In this document: one piece after another, positions 29,034 through 38,745 of the stretch
How positions within the stretch are numbered: the stretch's first letter is position 1
How the letters are laid out: every line of letters starts with the position of its first letter
Virus record (IMG/VR): IMGVR_UViG_3300035212_003113
Span: 62,001-126,000 of that record
Strand: one strand, 5' to 3'
Length of the DNA stretch: 64,000 nucleotides
Translations under genes and position numbers: made by a program
The notes under the pieces: generated by a model
Databases searched by the model: none
The model's input: only the letters and a program-made list of their open reading frames with translations
What the model was told of the DNA's origin: nothing

Positions 29034-29685
29034 TGCAGAGGTAACCCGTATCGACAACGAGTTGCTCTCTCTTGGATCAGAGGCAATCGAGCTGGTATTT
29101 CGTTTTATCTCAGAAGACATCCATGCCTGGATCGAGAACGGTGGTTGTCTGCATTGTAACGGAACTGGCATCTGTAGGCCGTGGGGCAACAAAGCCCATT
29201 CTCAGGACAGCATCCTCTGTCCGCACTGTGATGGTCGCAGTGTGCGCTACTCCCTGGCTTTTGCAGCAAGCTCACAGCCGACAAGCTCTTATTTTCCGGA
29301 AGTTGATTACGCGCTGCTTGACGCAGTGCGCGGCTTGGGTCTTGATGCTAGTTATCCTATGTTTTGGACAGAGACCAGAATTACCGCCAAAGCCAAGATA
29401 GACAACAAAACTGCCAAGCTCAAGAAGACCAGGCAAGATATTCTGTACGAGAAACAGGACGCTTTATATAAGCAGAGCATTGCCGTGGCAGAAGCAGCTG
29501 TCGCTGTGCCGCCCTCCAATGGCGAAATGCCAGATCTGCATGGCGTAAGTCTGAAGCAAATTAACTACGGCGTAGTCTGCCGCAGGGCCGCGATTGAAGG
29601 CGGCAAGGTAACCCAAGAAGACGCTGCTAAGATTACAAGCGCCGTACACTGGATCGAGAACTACAAAGGTCTAGTACGGCGCTGA
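29002..29685 (+). CDS. hypothetical protein with DnaJ-like Zn finger
   Basis: CLHCNGTG...CPHCDG; GAGGAG before GTG. Confidence 0.6.
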   Translation: MGKAKALQDFDAEVTRIDNELLSLGSEAIELVFRFISEDIHAWIENGGCLHCNGTGICRPWGNKAHSQDSILCPHCDGRSVRYSLAFAASSQPTSSYFPEVDYALLDAVRGLGLDASYPMFWTETRITAKAKIDNKTAKLKKTRQDILYEKQDALYKQSIAVAEAAVAVPPSNGEMPDLHGVSLKQINYGVVCRRAAIEGGKVTQEDAAKITSAVHWIENYKGLVRR

Positions 29686-29783
29686 CAGATGCTGCAATGG
29701 CGAATGGTTCGTTGTTGCACTACAAACAAAATCCGCTGGTCACCGGATTTCACCAACAAAGCTGACTAAAAGGATAGATACAA

Positions 29784-30188
29784 ATGGCTAAGAAGAATAC
29801 GTCCCGTTCACAGTCCCGTTCAACCACTGCCGATAAGGGCGCGCGTCGTACCCGTACTGCGAGCGGCTTCGATTCTCGACGCACGCTTGGACCAGTAGCT
29901 ACGCTGCTCCTTCGCTCACTCGCTGTACGAGATCGCTCGCTACAGGAGCTTGCAACCGTTCATCCTCGTGCTCGTCGTTCACTGCGCTCGCTCATTGATC
30001 GCGGCCTTGTTCTCGAGCGCACGATTGCCGACGGTGAGGTGCGGTTTGCTCTTTCTACCGATGCCCGTCGCTCGCTTGTACCGGCACTGCGTCGTGCCCG
30101 TGCCACTGACGGCGTTGCGGTAGTAGTAACGGGCGTGGCGCTGCGCGATACCCGTCGTTCGCGTCGTTCGCTTACCTTTAAGCAGTGA
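29784..30188 (+). CDS. highly basic Arg-rich, wHTH-like nucleic-acid-binding protein
   Basis: Very Arg-rich; RSLRSLIDRGLV..R..FALS. Confidence 0.6.
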   Translation: MAKKNTSRSQSRSTTADKGARRTRTASGFDSRRTLGPVATLLLRSLAVRDRSLQELATVHPRARRSLRSLIDRGLVLERTIADGEVRFALSTDARRSLVPALRRARATDGVAVVVTGVALRDTRRSRRSLTFKQ

Positions 30189-30194
30189 TGGTCA

Positions 30195-30232
30195 GGTGGG
30201 GCCGGGCCTAAACCCGGCCCCGCCCGATCCGG
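30195..30232 (+). promoter_or_regulatory. CCTAAA-N13-GATCC hairpin element, copy 8
   Basis: Perfect GGGGCCGGG-CCTAAA-CCCGGCCCC; GATCC 30226-30230. Confidence 0.85.
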
Positions 30233-30253
30233 TGGTGCAGGAACGGAGGTCGC

Positions 30254-30823
30254 ATGTTTAACGCCATTATGCGCTGTCACTATGCACATATTTCGTCACA
30301 GATGCCTCCGCGGATTAGGCTGCGCACAGCCTATCACGAGGCGGGGCATGGGTACTTCATGTCCCGCTCGCCTCTTTGGAAGAACGTAAGACTCAGTCTT
30401 AATGCCGGCGGTGGTCTCACACGAGGCGCCTACAACAAGCGTGAGTCGTTCTCAGACGCTGAAGCCGGCTGGCTGATTACCAGAATGACTATTGCCGGAG
30501 CTGCCGCAGAGCAGTATTTTTTCGGCAACTATTCCAGGGCCGGTGCAGCACGAGATGTTGAAAATGCTATTGAGCTAATCTCTGGCAGGGAGTCAATCCT
30601 TCATGACTATATTGAGTCAGAATTCCTGCCTATGTCTCTGACCGCTATATCGGCAGCCGTTCCGCAAAGCACGTCGCCGCGTACCCAGGGCATCTTGGGA
30701 GGCGCATTGATTTCAGTAGCCAGAGACATTGTCCGGGATGCAGACAAAATCCGCAGGTTGGGGAAGCTGCTTTATAACAAGTCGTATCTCAGTGATCGCG
30801 AAGTGCGAGCAGCACTGGAGTAG
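30254..30823 (+). CDS. stand-alone M41 (FtsH protease-domain-like) metallopeptidase
   Basis: TAYHEAGH, AGAAAEQ, GAARDVENA; no AAA or TM region. Confidence 0.8.
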   Translation: MFNAIMRCHYAHISSQMPPRIRLRTAYHEAGHGYFMSRSPLWKNVRLSLNAGGGLTRGAYNKRESFSDAEAGWLITRMTIAGAAAEQYFFGNYSRAGAARDVENAIELISGRESILHDYIESEFLPMSLTAISAAVPQSTSPRTQGILGGALISVARDIVRDADKIRRLGKLLYNKSYLSDREVRAALE

Positions 30824-30995
30824 TATGAAAGATATTTGCCAGATACTGCTGATCGGAGCCGTCGCACTAGTCGCACTTTTCTTGCTGGCGGAGTGCTAGT
30901 GATAGATCGTTTACTGCGCGGCACATATCACTGTTTTCTAGTAGGTCTTGTCTTGTATGCCGCTGTACTCAATATAAAAAGACCAAGGACGCGAA

Positions 30996-31178
30996 ATGTA
31001 CGCTAAATACGCAAAACTGCTATTGAGCAAGAATCCCTTCATAGTAGTAGCGCTATCTGGCCTGCTACTGTTCTCGTTGTGTGGCACATGCGACGATGAA
31101 GATGACGATGAAGATGAAGAAGACGATCCCGCCGGCAATCCATGCGAAGGCGCCGTAGGCTGCGAACCAATTGACTGA
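30996..31178 (+). CDS. small membrane protein with acidic tail
   Basis: TM segment followed by DDEDDDEDEEDD. Confidence 0.5.
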   Translation: MYAKYAKLLLSKNPFIVVALSGLLLFSLCGTCDDEDDDEDEEDDPAGNPCEGAVGCEPID

Positions 31179-31420
31179 GGAGCTTATCTTGGAAGACTAC
31201 TGCATCGAGGTCTGGTTGCGCGGCAAGAAAGCCGTCAGCTACATTGGCCATCCAGAAGACATTCTTTCCAGCACAGATCCAGATCTTGTAGACTGGTATA
31301 CGCAAACAGCTGCAACACGCAAGTGGTCGATGTTCTGCGAAACATTTGATTCTCGCAAATGCAGCTCTGGTACCATGTCGCATCTCTCTGGCACAATTCG
31401 TATTTCACATAGGAAGCAAA

Positions 31421-32743
31421 ATGACAACGTTTGATCTTCGCAGCGACGAAACAACTCACCGCGTCCATGTAAAGGTGGACGCTGCTGATGTGAAGACGGC
31501 CATGGAAGAGGCTGCGCGGGGGTTGCAGGCAGTAATGGCCTTGCCTCCTCATCCGAAGGGTTCTGTCCCTATTGAGATTATTCTGAATAAGTTCTCTAGC
31601 CAGTTCCGCTCTGGCGTCACTGAGAAGCTTGTTCGCAAGGCAACTGGCGAAGCAGTATATTCGCTCGGTCTTCGTAGCGGCGCAGATCCGCAGCTAGACG
31701 AGCAGTATCGCATCTCTCCTGCAAAGCGTTGGCTCGGTGCATTTGCTGATGACGGCGGACTGGAGTTCTCGGTTAGTTGGCCAAGGCCACCTGCCGTAGA
31801 AATCCGTGATTATATTGGTATCTCTGTAGAGGTAGCACAGGGCGACAGGGAAGCTGCCATTGAAGGCCAGCTGCAAATCCTGCGTCTACAGACTAGCAGC
31901 AACAAGCTGGTAGAGCGTCCAGCAACAGCCGAAGATGTGCTTGTAGTTGACCTTGAAGGTACTGATGGCGAAGGTAATCTTCTGCACGGCGCACGGTTCA
32001 CAGACTTTGTTTTCCGCCCTAAGATGCGTGGCGGGCGAGGGTTCAGTGACAAGCTAGATCAGCTTGCCGTTGGTCGGTCGGCAGGAGAGAGCTTCTCGTT
32101 TGAAGAGAACTACCCTGACAACCACCATGACAAATATCTGCGCGGACAAAAAGTAACTTTTGCCTGTACCGTGCGGGAGGTTCGGGAATCAGTTGTGCCC
32201 GAGATCAATGACGAGTTTGCAAAGACAGCAGGATACGCTGATCTTGCAGAACTACGTGAAGCGGTGGGCAGGGAGTGGGATGCTGGCAATGAAGTAAACA
32301 TTGCCACTGCCAAGCGCAAGCAAGTTCGTAAAAAGATTGTAGAGGCGAATCCGCTGCCGGTAGACGAGGCAGTGCTCGCAGACTATTGTGGTGCTGCGGC
32401 AGAGCAATTTGGAGTAAAGTTCGAGGATTTACTTAAGGCTCCCGAGACAGCGGAGATTGCTGAGTCTATCCGTGCTGATCAGCGCGAAGTAATTATCTAC
32501 AATGAAATCCTTGATCGTGTATTTGACAGCCACGCACAGCAGCTGTTGCTGAAGGAAGCTGACATCTTGAAGTACGCCGCGGCCGAGGCACAGCACGGAG
32601 TAACAGCAGAAGAAGAGATTGCCGCAAAGCGTTCAAAGCCTGCTGCCTATTCCTCCTGGCTCCAGCGTTCTCAACGCCAGAAAGTAGCCGACTGGATTGT
32701 AGATCAGGCGGTTGTAACAAAGGTTCCTGGCAAGGAGGATTGA
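31421..32743 (+). CDS. tig: trigger factor (divergent)
   Basis: N-domain, FKBP domain (DVLVVDLEG, YPDNHH..LRGQKVTF), PEINDEFAK, C-domain. Confidence 0.88.
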   Translation: MTTFDLRSDETTHRVHVKVDAADVKTAMEEAARGLQAVMALPPHPKGSVPIEIILNKFSSQFRSGVTEKLVRKATGEAVYSLGLRSGADPQLDEQYRISPAKRWLGAFADDGGLEFSVSWPRPPAVEIRDYIGISVEVAQGDREAAIEGQLQILRLQTSSNKLVERPATAEDVLVVDLEGTDGEGNLLHGARFTDFVFRPKMRGGRGFSDKLDQLAVGRSAGESFSFEENYPDNHHDKYLRGQKVTFACTVREVRESVVPEINDEFAKTAGYADLAELREAVGREWDAGNEVNIATAKRKQVRKKIVEANPLPVDEAVLADYCGAAAEQFGVKFEDLLKAPETAEIAESIRADQREVIIYNEILDRVFDSHAQQLLLKEADILKYAAAEAQHGVTAEEEIAAKRSKPAAYSSWLQRSQRQKVADWIVDQAVVTKVPGKED

Positions 32744-32910
32744 GCTGGATCGCAGCTCCAATTATGAGTTCATACGTAATCATAGGCGCTGCGACAGCTT
32801 GCTGGCTAGCTGCCTCTAATAAAGACGGCAGCTTCGGCCCATTGGAAGCAATTATAGTGATAGCGGTATGGCCGGCTGTGCTGGGCGGTATTGCAGTAGG
32901 TGCCAAGTGA
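32740..32910 (+). CDS. small membrane protein (56 aa)
   Basis: Two hydrophobic segments; overlaps both neighbours. Confidence 0.5.
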   Translation: MSWIAAPIMSSYVIIGAATACWLAASNKDGSFGPLEAIIVIAVWPAVLGGIAVGAK

Positions 32911-33719
32911 ATACGTGTATTTTTCATGCAAACTGCCCAGACGGAATAATGAGCGCGATAGTCGCTTCGCTTGCTCATCCTGGTATACGCCTGCATGCTG
33001 CTTCTGATCGGCTCAACCCGCCACCGCGAGAACTGATTGACGGCAAAGAAGTATTGATCGCAGACTTTAGCTATCCGCTATCTGTCATGCAAGATATTGC
33101 CTCGCGAGCCGCTAGTGTAGTTCTGCTCGATCATCATGCCAGCGCAGAGAAGGCGCTCAAGCATCTGCCGTATTGTGTTTTTGATCAAAACAAGTCTGGC
33201 GCCCAGGTATGCTGGGACTTCTTTTTTCCTGGTCAAACACAGCCGATATTGTTGCAGGCAGTTGGCGAAGCGGACCGAGGGCTGTGTGAGCTGCCATTTA
33301 CTCGTGATGTAATGACTCTTGCAGAGGTGCTGCCGTTTGAGACTGAGGCATGGTTAGACCTCGCCATTAGACTTGAAAACAACATGGAAGAAGAGCTTGC
33401 TGGAGCAGGAGCTGTTGCAGCCTGGCGTTCTGCTAAAATCGACCGATTGCTTGGTAAATCATTTCTTACCGAGATAGGCGGACATATTGTTCCAGCCATA
33501 AATTCATGTGATTTTAAATCAGAGCTAGGGCGACGCCTGGCAGTGAAAAATCCGTTTGCTGCGGTATTTAGCGGCTCAGACGGCAAATGGTATATTAGTC
33601 TGCGCTCTTCAAATGCAGGTCTTGATGTATCAGAGATAGCAGAGAGTCACGGTGGTGGTGGTCATAGAAATGCTGCGGCCTTTGTATCTGATCGCGCCCC
33701 CAAGAATCTAGAGGAATAG
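32907..33719 (+). CDS. DHH/DHHA1 phosphoesterase
   Basis: H.NCPDG, DFS, LDHH, SLRS, GGGGHRNAAAF. Confidence 0.9.
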   Translation: MNTCIFHANCPDGIMSAIVASLAHPGIRLHAASDRLNPPPRELIDGKEVLIADFSYPLSVMQDIASRAASVVLLDHHASAEKALKHLPYCVFDQNKSGAQVCWDFFFPGQTQPILLQAVGEADRGLCELPFTRDVMTLAEVLPFETEAWLDLAIRLENNMEEELAGAGAVAAWRSAKIDRLLGKSFLTEIGGHIVPAINSCDFKSELGRRLAVKNPFAAVFSGSDGKWYISLRSSNAGLDVSEIAESHGGGGHRNAAAFVSDRAPKNLEE

Positions 33720-33720
33720 C

Positions 33721-34206
33721 ATGAGTAATACGATGTTGCGATACATTGAGCAGCGCAGTGCGGCAGAAGCTTTTCGTTGGGGCTTCTCCAGTATGGAGAC
33801 AGAATTGAAAAAAAAGAACAGCTTTTCCGTATTCGATTTTCCACCTGGTAGCGCTGCGGTCGTTGTTATCGAGCAGGATGGACAGCTGCTTGCAGTCAGT
33901 CGCCGCGATAATCACGCAGACCTCGGGCTGCCCGGCGGCAAGATTGAGCCCGGAGAATCGCCAATCACTGCCGCTTGCAGGGAGGCCGTAGAGGAGCTGG
34001 AAGCTACTGTCTGCAACCTAATGCTGGCAAGCATTGCTGCTGTCAATGGTATTGCTGTTTTTATTTACCGGGCAGAGCTAATTGGCGACTTGACGGAGCG
34101 TATCAACAGCGAGGGTGCGCGCGTTTGCTGGACCAGTCCACATACCATTTGCAAGGGCAGTTTTGGTAAATTCAATAAGCAATACGTCCTCCCACTTCTT
34201 GCTTGA
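33721..34206 (+). CDS. Nudix hydrolase
   Basis: PGGKIEPGESPITAACREAVEE Nudix box. Confidence 0.9.
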   Translation: MSNTMLRYIEQRSAAEAFRWGFSSMETELKKKNSFSVFDFPPGSAAVVVIEQDGQLLAVSRRDNHADLGLPGGKIEPGESPITAACREAVEELEATVCNLMLASIAAVNGIAVFIYRAELIGDLTERINSEGARVCWTSPHTICKGSFGKFNKQYVLPLLA

Positions 34207-34208
34207 CA

Positions 34209-34246
34209 GGCCACCCCGGCCCTAAAGCCGGGGTCCGCCGATCCTG
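34209..34246 (+). promoter_or_regulatory. CCTAAA-N13-GATCC hairpin element, copy 9
   Basis: Perfect ACCCCGGC-CCTAAA-GCCGGGGT; GATCC 34240-34244. Confidence 0.85.
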
Positions 34247-34273
34247 AGCGGCGACGCCCACAACGGAGTAAAG

Positions 34274-35548
34274 ATGCTAACTGAAAAACTTCTAGATGAC
34301 TGGATTCGTACATCGCAGAATGTACTCCTTGTCGGCCCGCATGGCATTGGCAAGACCGAGCAAGTACTGGCTGCTATGAAGCGCAACGGCATTAAGTATG
34401 CCTACTTCTCTGCCTCTACCATGGACCCGTTCGTTGACTTCGTTGGTGTGCCACGGGTAGTCGAAGATAAGACCGGCCGCTGGCTAGACTTTGTACGTCC
34501 AAAGATTTTTGCAAACAATGATGTGCAAGTGATCATCGTTGACGAGTTCAATCGTGCTCCCAAGAAGGTGCGCAATGCACTAATGGAAGCAATCCAGTTT
34601 AAGTCGATCAATGGCGTGCCGATGCCCAATCTAAAGATGATCTGGGCCATGGTCAATCCTCATGATGACGAGGATACCTACGACGTTGATCGCCTGGACC
34701 CAGCTCAGGAAGACCGCTTTCAAATCAAGGTTGTCCTGCCTAATGGCCCATCTCTCAAGTACTTCCGCGATAACTACGGAGTGCTTGGCGAGATAGCGCA
34801 CCGTTGGTGGAATAAGATTGATGAGAAGATGCGTAAGAGCAGCATTGTTTCTCCCCGGCGCCTAGAATACGCGCTACAGGCGTATCAAGCGGGCCTTGAT
34901 ATTGATTACGTTCTGCCCAAAGAAGTTAACGTAAAGGATCTTAAGACCGAGCTCAATAAGTCAGGACTTATGTCGCGGCTGCCTGCTCTCAAGAAGTTGG
35001 GCGTAGAGGATCTGCGCAAGGAGATTCAGGGCAACGGCAATCTGCGTGACCTGGTCATGCAGGAGATCCTTGAGACTAAGTTCCCGGTAGAGTTGGTCGC
35101 TGCCATGAGTGACGAGGAAATCGTCAACAAGTGCAGCAAGCCTGGTGTTCGCACGTTTATTTGCGAACGGATCAGCGAAGGCGATCCACGCTTCACTTCT
35201 ATGGCAGAGGGCGTAGCAAAGACGCCTCCTAGCAAGGCCGCTGACAAAGAGCTGGCCGAGGCCATTAAGGCTTTTGCCACTGCGCTTGAAAAGGCCAAGC
35301 TAGCGCGCCAGCGCAAGATTACGGCAGAAGCCCGCAAGCAGAATGCAGGCGCCGAAGCGCTTAAGCGCCAGCTAGGAGTTCTTTTCCAGCCTACCATTAC
35401 TCGGGAAGAGATTGTTGCTCTGCTTGAGCCCCATAAGAAAGACATCTCTGCTGACCCGGTAATGAAGGATCTGATCCTGCGCGCTACGCAGGTGGCCGTC
35501 AATCGCGAACTAATTAGCGAGGTCGCACGGTCGCTCTCGCTTATCTGA
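34274..35548 (+). CDS. MoxR/dynein-related AAA+ ATPase
   Basis: GPHGIGKT, IIVDEFNRA, NP, LDPAQEDRF, SPRR. Confidence 0.9.
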   Translation: MLTEKLLDDWIRTSQNVLLVGPHGIGKTEQVLAAMKRNGIKYAYFSASTMDPFVDFVGVPRVVEDKTGRWLDFVRPKIFANNDVQVIIVDEFNRAPKKVRNALMEAIQFKSINGVPMPNLKMIWAMVNPHDDEDTYDVDRLDPAQEDRFQIKVVLPNGPSLKYFRDNYGVLGEIAHRWWNKIDEKMRKSSIVSPRRLEYALQAYQAGLDIDYVLPKEVNVKDLKTELNKSGLMSRLPALKKLGVEDLRKEIQGNGNLRDLVMQEILETKFPVELVAAMSDEEIVNKCSKPGVRTFICERISEGDPRFTSMAEGVAKTPPSKAADKELAEAIKAFATALEKAKLARQRKITAEARKQNAGAEALKRQLGVLFQPTITREEIVALLEPHKKDISADPVMKDLILRATQVAVNRELISEVARSLSLI

Positions 35549-35561
35549 CAGGAGCTTGCCC

Positions 35562-36857
35562 ATGGAAGAAGTATTTTCGGATGACGAGTGGAACTCGCTG
35601 GCCAAGAGGCTAGAGGATTTTCACTCGGTTTTTTCAAAGTTCTGGTCCATGGGCAAGCCGACTGTTACTCGCGACATCCCTACTTGCGCGGTAGCATTTG
35701 ACAAGGCCGGGCAGCAGATCATGTGGTCTGTTAATCCTGACTTCTGGGAAACGCTTTCAGACGATGGCAAGCTGTTTGCAATTGCGCACGAGTGTATGCA
35801 TGTTGTTTTTAGCCATGGCGTGCGCAGTACCGAAATGCTTAAGAACATAGATCCTCAGATCATTAACGTTGCGATGGATATCGCAGTCAACTCTCATCTT
35901 GAGAGTCACTATGGTTTCGAGCGCGCGGCAGTAGAGCCGCCCGGCGTGCGCTATATTTGGTTAGACGAGGTACTGCCCGGAGAACAAGCTGGACGAGCTT
36001 TTGAGTACTATGTAGAGGCTCTGCTAAAAGACAATCCGCAGTGCCAGTCAAAGAGTGGCGACGGAGATCCTACGACTGTTGATGATCACGGCGGACTAGG
36101 CGACTTTACGGGCGGCGATCTAGCTGATATGCTAAAGCGCACGCTTGACTCTGGTACTACAGAAGACCTAGCAGATATGGCCCAAGATGACGCCAGCGAT
36201 GATATGAAGAAGAAAGCCGCTGCTGTTAGCAAAGGCATTAAGCCCGGCAACAATCCTGGCAATACTGTGCTCGAGATTACTTCTGCTAAATATCTGCGTC
36301 GCAAGCCAAAGTGGGAGACTGTTGTCAAGAAATGGTCGATGCGAGCACTAGAGGAATATGCAGAAGTTCCTAGCTGGACGCAGCCTTCGCGCAGGCTTGA
36401 TCCCAATATGATGGGTGACTGTATCTTGCCTTCTCCCGGCGAGCAGGAAGGCGACGGAAAGAACAGGATTCGTGTATCGTTTTTTCTGGATACAAGCGGT
36501 AGCTGTATTAGCTATGCCACCAGGTTTTTTCGTGCAGCTGGTACCCTGGATCCACGCAAGTTTGACATCAAGCTATACTGCTTCGATACCAGAGTTTATG
36601 ACACAGATCTAAAGAGCGCCAAAGTCTATGGTGGCGGTGGTACTGCTTTCTCTATTATCGAGAGACGGATTCAAAAAGAAATGGCTGACAAGAGCACTTG
36701 CTATCCCGATGCAGTCTGGGTACTGAGTGATGGTTATGGCGATACTGTTCGACCAGAAAAGCCAAAGCGCTGGCACTGGTTCCTGACAGAGGGCGGCTCA
36801 CGCGACTACGGCATCCATCCCGAGTCCAATGTCCATCATCTTAAGAATTTTGAGTGA
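35562..36857 (+). CDS. DUF2201-like metallopeptidase + VWA protein
   Basis: HECMH, NVAMDIAVN, DTSGS, GGGGTAF, SDGY. Confidence 0.88.
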   Translation: MEEVFSDDEWNSLAKRLEDFHSVFSKFWSMGKPTVTRDIPTCAVAFDKAGQQIMWSVNPDFWETLSDDGKLFAIAHECMHVVFSHGVRSTEMLKNIDPQIINVAMDIAVNSHLESHYGFERAAVEPPGVRYIWLDEVLPGEQAGRAFEYYVEALLKDNPQCQSKSGDGDPTTVDDHGGLGDFTGGDLADMLKRTLDSGTTEDLADMAQDDASDDMKKKAAAVSKGIKPGNNPGNTVLEITSAKYLRRKPKWETVVKKWSMRALEEYAEVPSWTQPSRRLDPNMMGDCILPSPGEQEGDGKNRIRVSFFLDTSGSCISYATRFFRAAGTLDPRKFDIKLYCFDTRVYDTDLKSAKVYGGGGTAFSIIERRIQKEMADKSTCYPDAVWVLSDGYGDTVRPEKPKRWHWFLTEGGSRDYGIHPESNVHHLKNFE

Positions 36858-36860
36858 AGT

Positions 36861-37607
36861 ATGACCTGGAATTCAGACGCAGAAGGCGCAGGGGCACGGA
36901 CATTTCGAAACAGCTTTGTTGCCAGGTTTGATGGCAAAGGCTTCTCTCGTCTTGTTCGGTCTCCTGAATTTGTTGCCCCTTTTGACAATAGCATCTGTCA
37001 AAGCATGCACGCAGCAACCGACTGCATAATCAAGCATCTTACTCCTGACTTTGTGTATCAAGTTTCGGACGAGATAAGTGCTTTTTTTATAGCACGTCCA
37101 GAGGCCGGATCTCAGCTGCCGTTTGGCGGCAAAGAATCCAAGGTATGCAGTATTGGTGCTTCGGCGGCAGGCACCGCATTTTCTCTCGCGCTAGGCAAAT
37201 CCGCGCTGTTTGATGGGCGAGCATTCGACTGCACAGCAGATCAAATGCCTGATTATCTTGCTTCCCGGCTGAAGTCTGGCTTCAAGAATAGTGTTAGTCA
37301 GCTAGCCGGCGAGCACTTTTCTGCCAAGTCTCTGCATTGCAGGAACAGCGCGGAAAAGCTACAGATGCTTGCAGACGCGGGAATAGATTACAATGGCATG
37401 CCCGAAGACTTTAAATATGGGCGAATTTGGTATAAGGAAAAGCAGCAGGTCTGGAGCGATGTTGCAGGCGAGCATATTCAGCGCAGTCGCTGGACCAGTA
37501 CCGCGCTATACTCGCAGCTGAGTCAAGCGGCCTTCTCCGAGTTAAAGCGAACTATATCTGAATTGGATGGGCGGGCCGGGCCTAAAGTCGACCCCGCCCG
37601 ATCCTGA
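36861..37607 (+). CDS. tRNA(His) guanylyltransferase Thg1-like
   Basis: RFDGKGFS, PFD, YQVSDEIS, FGGK..K, FDGR. Confidence 0.9.
   Translation: MTWNSDAEGAGARTFRNSFVARFDGKGFSRLVRSPEFVAPFDNSICQSMHAATDCIIKHLTPDFVYQVSDEISAFFIARPEAGSQLPFGGKESKVCSIGASAAGTAFSLALGKSALFDGRAFDCTADQMPDYLASRLKSGFKNSVSQLAGEHFSAKSLHCRNSAEKLQMLADAGIDYNGMPEDFKYGRIWYKEKQQVWSDVAGEHIQRSRWTSTALYSQLSQAAFSELKRTISELDGRAGPKVDPARS
37569..37606 (+). promoter_or_regulatory. CCTAAA-N13-GATCC hairpin element, copy 10 (overlaps Thg1 3' end)
   Basis: CCTAAA 37581-37586, GATCC 37600-37604; GGGCGGG/CCCGCCC arms. Confidence 0.8.
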
Positions 37608-37691
37608 ACTACGGGCGGCGCGGCCAGCCACCGGGGTTGCACAGTAATTCTGCTTGTGCAGCCAGCAGAGGCCTTGTTTAATAGGAATAAA

Positions 37692-37865
37692 ATGAAGACA
37701 TCTTATCTTCGTGGTATGCAGTTTCATGAGCTTAAGCGTCTGGAGAAGGAGCTCTTTGCGGAGCTGCGCAATGCTGATCCAGGCCATCTGTCCGCTATCC
37801 AGCGGGATATTGCATGGGCGCAGAAGGCTCTGCAAGAGAAGCTTGAAGACGTAAAGCGTACCTGA
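37692..37865 (+). CDS. small helical protein
   Basis: AGGA SD; 57 aa. Confidence 0.55.
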   Translation: MKTSYLRGMQFHELKRLEKELFAELRNADPGHLSAIQRDIAWAQKALQEKLEDVKRT

Positions 37866-37883
37866 GACAAGGGGGCTTGTTGC

Positions 37884-38441
37884 ATGTCAAATACCGGACA
37901 CCCAGCTTGGCAGCTAGCATATCTAGTTGGCAACAAGCCCCCTGCTTTTGGAATTGCATTAGAAGCAGGCATATACTCGGTAACTTATGGAGAACCAGAA
38001 TGCCTGCTCTTTTGCAAAAATCTAGGCGATGATCGCCTTATCCTCAAAGCTCTGCGGGATGCTGCCGACAAAAATGGTCCTGTGCTGTTTTGCACCGACT
38101 TTCTTATAACAGATCGCGGCAGCTATCCAGAGTATTTTCTGCCATCGCTGGCTGTATCAGGCTGGCGGCCAGGCAGAGTACGTGATGAAATTATAGAGAA
38201 TATGGCACGTATGTGGCCCGGCAGGCGCCTGTATACGTATCGCACACCCGATCACGAACAGATATATGTAGATGTGATCGCAGACTACTCGCGCGACAGA
38301 GCCGACTGGGTTAGAGTTATTGATGCCCTAGAATATGGCGGCATGGCACATTCACCCTGGCTAAAATATGTGCGGACTAGTCATCGCTCGTTGATAGACT
38401 GGACTCGCAACCCCAAGCTTAAAGATTGGATAACCCTTTGA
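37884..38441 (+). CDS. hypothetical protein
   Basis: 185-aa ORF. Confidence 0.6.
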   Translation: MSNTGHPAWQLAYLVGNKPPAFGIALEAGIYSVTYGEPECLLFCKNLGDDRLILKALRDAADKNGPVLFCTDFLITDRGSYPEYFLPSLAVSGWRPGRVRDEIIENMARMWPGRRLYTYRTPDHEQIYVDVIADYSRDRADWVRVIDALEYGGMAHSPWLKYVRTSHRSLIDWTRNPKLKDWITL

Positions 38442-38745
38442 GATCTCGCTTTACAAGAGTTAATACAACGCTTTGGGTTGCCATTATAAAGAGTTTTGCA
38501 CCAAAGAGGGATATACCTCCGGTGGTGTTTCTGGGTAAAAAGAAGAAGAATAGGTTGAAGAATAATGAGCAGCCTGCTGAAAAAGCTACGCAAGTTTTGT
38601 GAAAAACTAAATAAAAATGACGAAGTTCCGCGGTCTTACGAGATAGTCAGGGTAAGTACGAATATCCCTAGCACAAGAATGTTTGTCCTAGTCGCTACTA
38701 ATAAGCCTAAAATTTGAGGCAATATTTACTATCTCAGAGGTAAAA

